A DNA stretch of 64,000 nucleotides from the NCBI GenBank assembly GCA_963749495.1, contig CAVVMW010000005.1, forward strand, positions 384,001-448,000, read 5' to 3'. Each line of letters opens with the position of its first letter. Within the stretch, counting starts at the first letter, position 1. This document shows, piece by piece, positions 60,271-64,000 of the stretch. The position numbers were made by a program, and so were the translations under genes. The notes under the pieces were generated by a model. The model saw only the letters and a list, made by a program, of their open reading frames with translations. It searched no databases and had not been told where the DNA came from. Source of the DNA: an uncultured bacterium. Lineage in GTDB: Bacteria; Verrucomicrobiota; Verrucomicrobiia; Limisphaerales; UBA8199.

Positions 60271-60328
60271 AACGTGAAACCTGAAACGTGAAACGTGAAA
60301 CAGAACCCTGAACCCTGAACCCCGAACC
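60267..60328. repeat. Heptamer arrays (GTGAAAC)x5 then (CTGAACC)x4
   Basis: Fill the whole gap between two pilin genes; the upstream TGA stop lies in the first unit. Confidence 0.88.
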
Positions 60329-60835
60329 ATGAGAGTCAACATCAGGCCGCAGCGCAGGACCCAGGACGGCTATCTCCTGATCGAGGCCCTGGTTTATATC
60401 GGCATTGTCGGGATGCTGGTGGGTCTTGCCGGCATCATGCTGCTGCGGTGCATCGATAGCTCGGTCGCCCTGCGCCGCAGCGCCGACCAAATCTCCGCCG
60501 CCCTCCAGGCAGGGGAACTTTGGCGCGCGGACGTGCGGGCGGGCGGCAGCAAGGCCCGCATCGAGGCAAACGGCGGCGAGCAGACCCTCTGCCTGCCCTC
60601 GCCACGGGGCGAGGTGGCCTACCGGTTTTCGTCCAAGGCCGTCTTCCGGCGCATCGGCCAAGGCCCGTGGGTCCGTTTCCTGGACAACGTCAGGGCCTCG
60701 ACCATGGAACCCGACCAACGCCGCAATGTGACCGTGTGGCACTGGGAACTCGAACTGCAGCCCCGGGCCAAGGGCGTCGTCAGGCCCAGCCGAATTCGCC
60801 CACTCTTCACCTTCCTAGCCGTGCCCAAACCATGA
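60329..60835 (+). CDS. Prepilin-like protein (GspJ/PilW-like)
   Basis: TQDG|YLLIEALVYIGIVGML with E+5. Confidence 0.78.
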   Translation: MRVNIRPQRRTQDGYLLIEALVYIGIVGMLVGLAGIMLLRCIDSSVALRRSADQISAALQAGELWRADVRAGGSKARIEANGGEQTLCLPSPRGEVAYRFSSKAVFRRIGQGPWVRFLDNVRASTMEPDQRRNVTVWHWELELQPRAKGVVRPSRIRPLFTFLAVPKP

Positions 60836-61122
60836 AAATGCCGCTTCATTCCGTTCCGATTCATCGCCCCGCGGCGTCGCGCCGGGGCCAGCGCGGCACA
60901 GCGGTGATGGTCGTCCTGTTTTGCCTGGCCATCGTCTTCGCCTATCTCGCCATCAACGCCCGCACCCTTCATTACCTGGGCCGCGAGCTCAGGCTCATCG
61001 AACGCCAGCAAACCCGGCGCCTTGCCGCCCCGCCGCCCCAAGTGAAGGGGCGGAGTGCGGGACAGCCTCCGCAGGCCCCGATGCCCGTTCCGTCCGGAAC
61101 GGGGCGCGAGACAAAAAAGTGA
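60832..61122 (+). CDS. Prepilin-like protein lacking E+5 (GspK/PilX/ComGG-like)
   Basis: ATGA overlap with the upstream gene; GQRG|TAVMVVLFCLAIVF. Confidence 0.65.
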   Translation: MKMPLHSVPIHRPAASRRGQRGTAVMVVLFCLAIVFAYLAINARTLHYLGRELRLIERQQTRRLAAPPPQVKGRSAGQPPQAPMPVPSGTGRETKK

Positions 61123-61195
61123 CCACGTCATAGAGAGCCCGGGCAGGACGACCTGGGCCGCGCAGTTGAGTTCACACGCAACGGACGCATTGGCG

Positions 61196-61456
61196 TCAAA
61201 CGTGCGAATGGGAATCGGCGGAGCGGTCAGGTGGAGCGGGAGGCGGTTCTTCTTTCAGGGCGGGGCTTAGAGCAGCTTCGCGCCGGCGTTCCTGGTTCGC
61301 CACGTAGAGGCGCAGTTCATCGGCCGACCGGATCAGCGCCCCCGGCTGCCGGGCTTCCGCTGCGCGCAGTTCGGCGAAGATGCGGCCGATGTCGTAGCCC
61401 GCCTCGCGCGACAGGTCGTCTTTCACCTGCCAAAGCTCTTCAAGCAGAGGATTCAT
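61196..61456 (-). CDS. Small hypothetical helical protein, possibly antitoxin-like
   Basis: MNPLLEELWQVKDDLSREAGYDIGRIFAEL. Confidence 0.55.
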   Translation of the reverse strand: MNPLLEELWQVKDDLSREAGYDIGRIFAELRAAEARQPGALIRSADELRLYVANQERRREAALSPALKEEPPPAPPDRSADSHSHV

Positions 61457-61768
61457 TTTAAACGGTTTCCATTTGCCCGATGGCCGAACTCTAGACCGCC
61501 CAAGCTGCGTTGGTCAAGAACCACCAAAGAGCCCAGCTTCACGACTTTACCCGAACCAAGGAGAGTGTTTCGGCGACAGGTCAACCCACGGTGTTTCGGC
61601 GACGAGTCAGCCCATAGCACGTTTCGTTGCTCGAGGACAGCCTGGCAAGAACACCCTGGGAACGGATGCAGGCCAATGATGATGCGTTGCGGTTCGCTGA
61701 TTCCCTCCGCGGCGCGACCGAAAAGCTTTCTTCAATCATCGGCACGCACGACATTTACAGGGGCTGAG

Positions 61769-62182
61769 TCAAAGGGCTTGAGCGGCGAGTTGAGGGCTCT
61801 CCATCAGTTCGAGCCAATCCCAGGACCACTTGCTTTTTCGGGCGGCGCGCTGGCGGAGGCGCGCGGACAATCGGTTGTTTTCGTCCGCCAGCGCCCTCAC
61901 GAGCAGTTGGTGTGGTCGTGGGAGCAAGGGAATGATTTCTGCCAGGCCCGTCTCTTCCGGCACACGCAGGCGCCGAGCCAGCCGGCGTTGGACTTGCTCC
62001 CGCCTGCGTTGAGCCCGCTCGATAACCCCCTCTTGCTCCTGGAGCGCTTTGAGCTTTGTTCGCGCTGCTTGCGCCGCGTTCTGCGTGAGGTGTGATTCCG
62101 CCTCATCACATCGGGCCAACATCTCCCCATACTGCTGTAATTCTCTGCGGAGCGCCTCGATCAAGTCGGTCAGGTATGTCAT
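61769..62182 (-). CDS. FlgN-like coiled-coil chaperone
   Basis: LIEALRRELQQYGEML...ALADENNRL; helical, about 137 aa. Confidence 0.5.
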   Translation of the reverse strand: MTYLTDLIEALRRELQQYGEMLARCDEAESHLTQNAAQAARTKLKALQEQEGVIERAQRRREQVQRRLARRLRVPEETGLAEIIPLLPRPHQLLVRALADENNRLSARLRQRAARKSKWSWDWLELMESPQLAAQAL

Positions 62183-62462
62183 GCTTGCCGAACAGCACCT
62201 TTTGGCCCGGCCGGCGTATCGCACGAGGCCCGTGCAGTGAACGCCTGGAAAATTGCAGTGAGGCCGGCGCGCGCGCAGGCCAGGCCGGAGGGAAACCAAT
62301 CCGCGTGAAGTTTCGAGCCGCCAGCCAGGCCAATCCAAGGCAGTTCGTGCCGGACGCCGGGCAATTTGGGCCTGGAGCGGCAACCGCTGCCTCGCGGCCC
62401 AGCGGGCCGCCAGAACCCAGCCCAGGGCGTCGGCCTACTGCACCGGACTTGGAGGGACTTTC

Positions 62463-62548
62463 ACGACCTTTGTCGCAGCCTTTGCCGAAACCTTTGTCGA
62501 AATCTGCCTGAGCTTGACAAAGGCCGCGACAAAGGCTGCGACAAAGAT
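62463..62548. repeat. Family-Z inverted 12-mer element, degenerate
   Basis: GACCTTTGTCGCAGCCTTTGCCGAAACCTTTGTCGA...GACAAAGGCCGCGACAAAGGCTGCGACAAAG. Confidence 0.8.
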
Positions 62549-62687
62549 ACCAAAGTCATCCAAAGTCCGGTGCAGCAGGGCATCGGCCTGGCGGCCTCAG
62601 CCCTGGGCTTGGTTCTGCCGGCCCTTTGGGCCGGAGGTTGGGCTCATCGCGTTGGGATTGGCCGCCCTCACCCGCGCAGTTTCCGAT

Positions 62688-63533
62688 TCATGGGCCATGG
62701 GGGTATTCGATATCCGGGTAGAGTCTGCGCGCGCACGCGGGGCAGATGCTGTGAGTGAATTCCGCATCGGAATGCTCCGCCACGTAGGTCTCGACCTGGT
62801 TCCAGTAGCCTTTGTCGTCGCGGATTTTTTTGCACGAGGCGCAAATGGGAATCAGGCCGCGCAAGGTTTGGACTCGGGCCAAGGCTTCCTTGAGTTGGAC
62901 GATCAACTGCTCCCGCTGGGCCTGCGCCGCCTTGCGCCCGGCGATTTCCCCTTCCAGCCGCGCGTTGGTCTCTTGCAGGACCTTGGTTCGATCCAGGACC
63001 AGCTTTTCGAGGTGGTCCAGCCTGAGCCTGGATTCCTGGCGCAGGGCCCACTTCTCAGTGAGGGTCGCAGCCAACTGCAACACTTCCACGGGCTCGAACG
63101 GTTTCTTCAAAATGATCAGCCGATCCGAGTGGTCGAGTTTGGCCATCATCTCCGCCCAGGAGTAGTCCGAGTAAGCGGTGCAGATGACGATTTCGAGGTC
63201 GGAATCGATCTGCCAGAGCCTGGAGGCGGCCTCGATGCCGTCGCAGCCCGGGGGCATGCGCACATTGACAAAGGCCAGGGCATGGGGGCGCCCTTTCCCG
63301 ATGGCCGCGCGGGCCATGTTGATGCCCTCCTCGCCTTGATAGGCGGAGTCAACTTCGAACGAGAGCCGCTCCCCGGAGACAGCCGGTGAATCAAACAGCA
63401 CGGCCTCCGCATTGCCCAATCCATCCACGTCCGGCTGGGGGGAGCAGAGAACCTTGCGAAAGCCATCATGGATGGCGTGGTTGTCATCGATGACGAGGAT
63501 GCGGAGATTTCTTTGAGTGATCCAGGCGTTCAC
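62688..63533 (-). CDS. Response regulator (receiver, coiled coil, LIPICASCKKIRDD C-terminal domain)
   Basis: ILVIDDN, LAFVNVRMPPG, ICTAYSD, KKPF, GLIPICASCKKIRDDKGYW...THSICPAC. Confidence 0.88.
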   Translation of the reverse strand: MNAWITQRNLRILVIDDNHAIHDGFRKVLCSPQPDVDGLGNAEAVLFDSPAVSGERLSFEVDSAYQGEEGINMARAAIGKGRPHALAFVNVRMPPGCDGIEAASRLWQIDSDLEIVICTAYSDYSWAEMMAKLDHSDRLIILKKPFEPVEVLQLAATLTEKWALRQESRLRLDHLEKLVLDRTKVLQETNARLEGEIAGRKAAQAQREQLIVQLKEALARVQTLRGLIPICASCKKIRDDKGYWNQVETYVAEHSDAEFTHSICPACARRLYPDIEYPHGP

Positions 63534-64000
63534 GCCTTCCTTTCTTCAGGTCTGCACGGCAATTCAAGGACAAAGGTTGCGCCCCGGCCCGGCCCGTCGC
63601 TATGGGCGCTCAGCGTCCCGCCCAATTCCTTGGCGGCCAGCGCCCCGTTGTGCAGGCCAAAGCCATGGCCTTCCTTGCGGGTAGTGAACCCAAGCTCGAA
63701 AATCCGTGGCAGGTTCTCCGCGGAAATGCCGACGCCGTTGTCGATGACCGAGATCCTGACCCGGTTCCCCTTCGCCGCCTCGGTCCGGAGCACCAGCCGT
63801 CTTTGGGCGCCGGCCGCCTCATCCAGAGCATATTTGGCATTGCGCAGCACGTTGACCAGGACTTGCAAGACCTTGTGCTTTTCCACGATGACGGGCGGCA
63901 GTTGGGCATATTCGCGGACCACCTCGACCTGGTGGCGTTCGAAGCCCGCCGCGTTGAGGCGCAACGCGTCCTCCAGCATGTCGTTCACGGGCAACGACTC
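63530..64000 (-). CDS. Sensor histidine kinase, C-terminal HATPase domain (partial)
   Basis: QVLVNVLRNA, DNGVG, IFELGFTTR, GHGFGL, GRGATF. Confidence 0.92.
   Translation of the reverse strand, partial: ESLPVNDMLEDALRLNAAGFERHQVEVVREYAQLPPVIVEKHKVLQVLVNVLRNAKYALDEAAGAQRRLVLRTEAAKGNRVRISVIDNGVGISAENLPRIFELGFTTRKEGHGFGLHNGALAAKELGGTLSAHSDGPGRGATFVLELPCRPEERKA

Noticed and set aside
41694..62548. Repeat clusters as CRISPR arrays
   Set aside because: No regularly spaced direct repeats with unique spacers and no cas genes.
62688..63533. Pseudo-receiver (phospho-acceptor Asp replaced by Asn)
   Set aside because: The change fits the recurrent GTCGAT-to-GTCAAT pattern, so it may be an artefact. Not claimed as biology.
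1..64000. tRNA/rRNA genes
   Set aside because: None recognised by eye; a covariance-model scan was not possible.

Overview
GC-rich bacterial DNA, probably Verrucomicrobiota (Pedosphaera/Limisphaerales-like; inferred from protein style and repeat families). About 2.1-40.3 kb is one minus-strand surface-polysaccharide locus. It encodes a WcaJ-type initiating transferase, Wzx, a Wzy/ligase-like protein, about 10 glycosyltransferases (GT2/GT4/GT9/GT11), 4 SAM methyltransferases, 2 acetyltransferases, 2 DegT aminotransferases, WecB, Fkp, Fcl, a GDP-mannose 3,5-epimerase-like enzyme, GDP-heptose enzymes and two tandem GbsR regulators. The 40.4-64 kb part holds a GH140-like protein, an isochorismatase-fold protein, secreted repeat proteins, a ceramidase-like protein, nfi, murJ, an IS630, an S53 peptidase, a minimal type IV-filament module (ATPase, two platform proteins, three pilin-like genes), rluE and a two-component pair. 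About 13 single-base frameshifts and one in-frame stop in otherwise intact genes suggest unpolished long-read sequence. The most notable unexplained patterns are: (1) several miniature inverted-repeat families that sit exactly on overlapping stop/start junctions and duplicate them; (2) decayed 3' tails and 5' heads of genes left as scars at junctions of the polysaccharide locus; (3) heptamer arrays, some in inverted pairs; (4) repeated TCGA-to-TTGA/TCAA changes at conserved residues; (5) the ComG-like pilus module.
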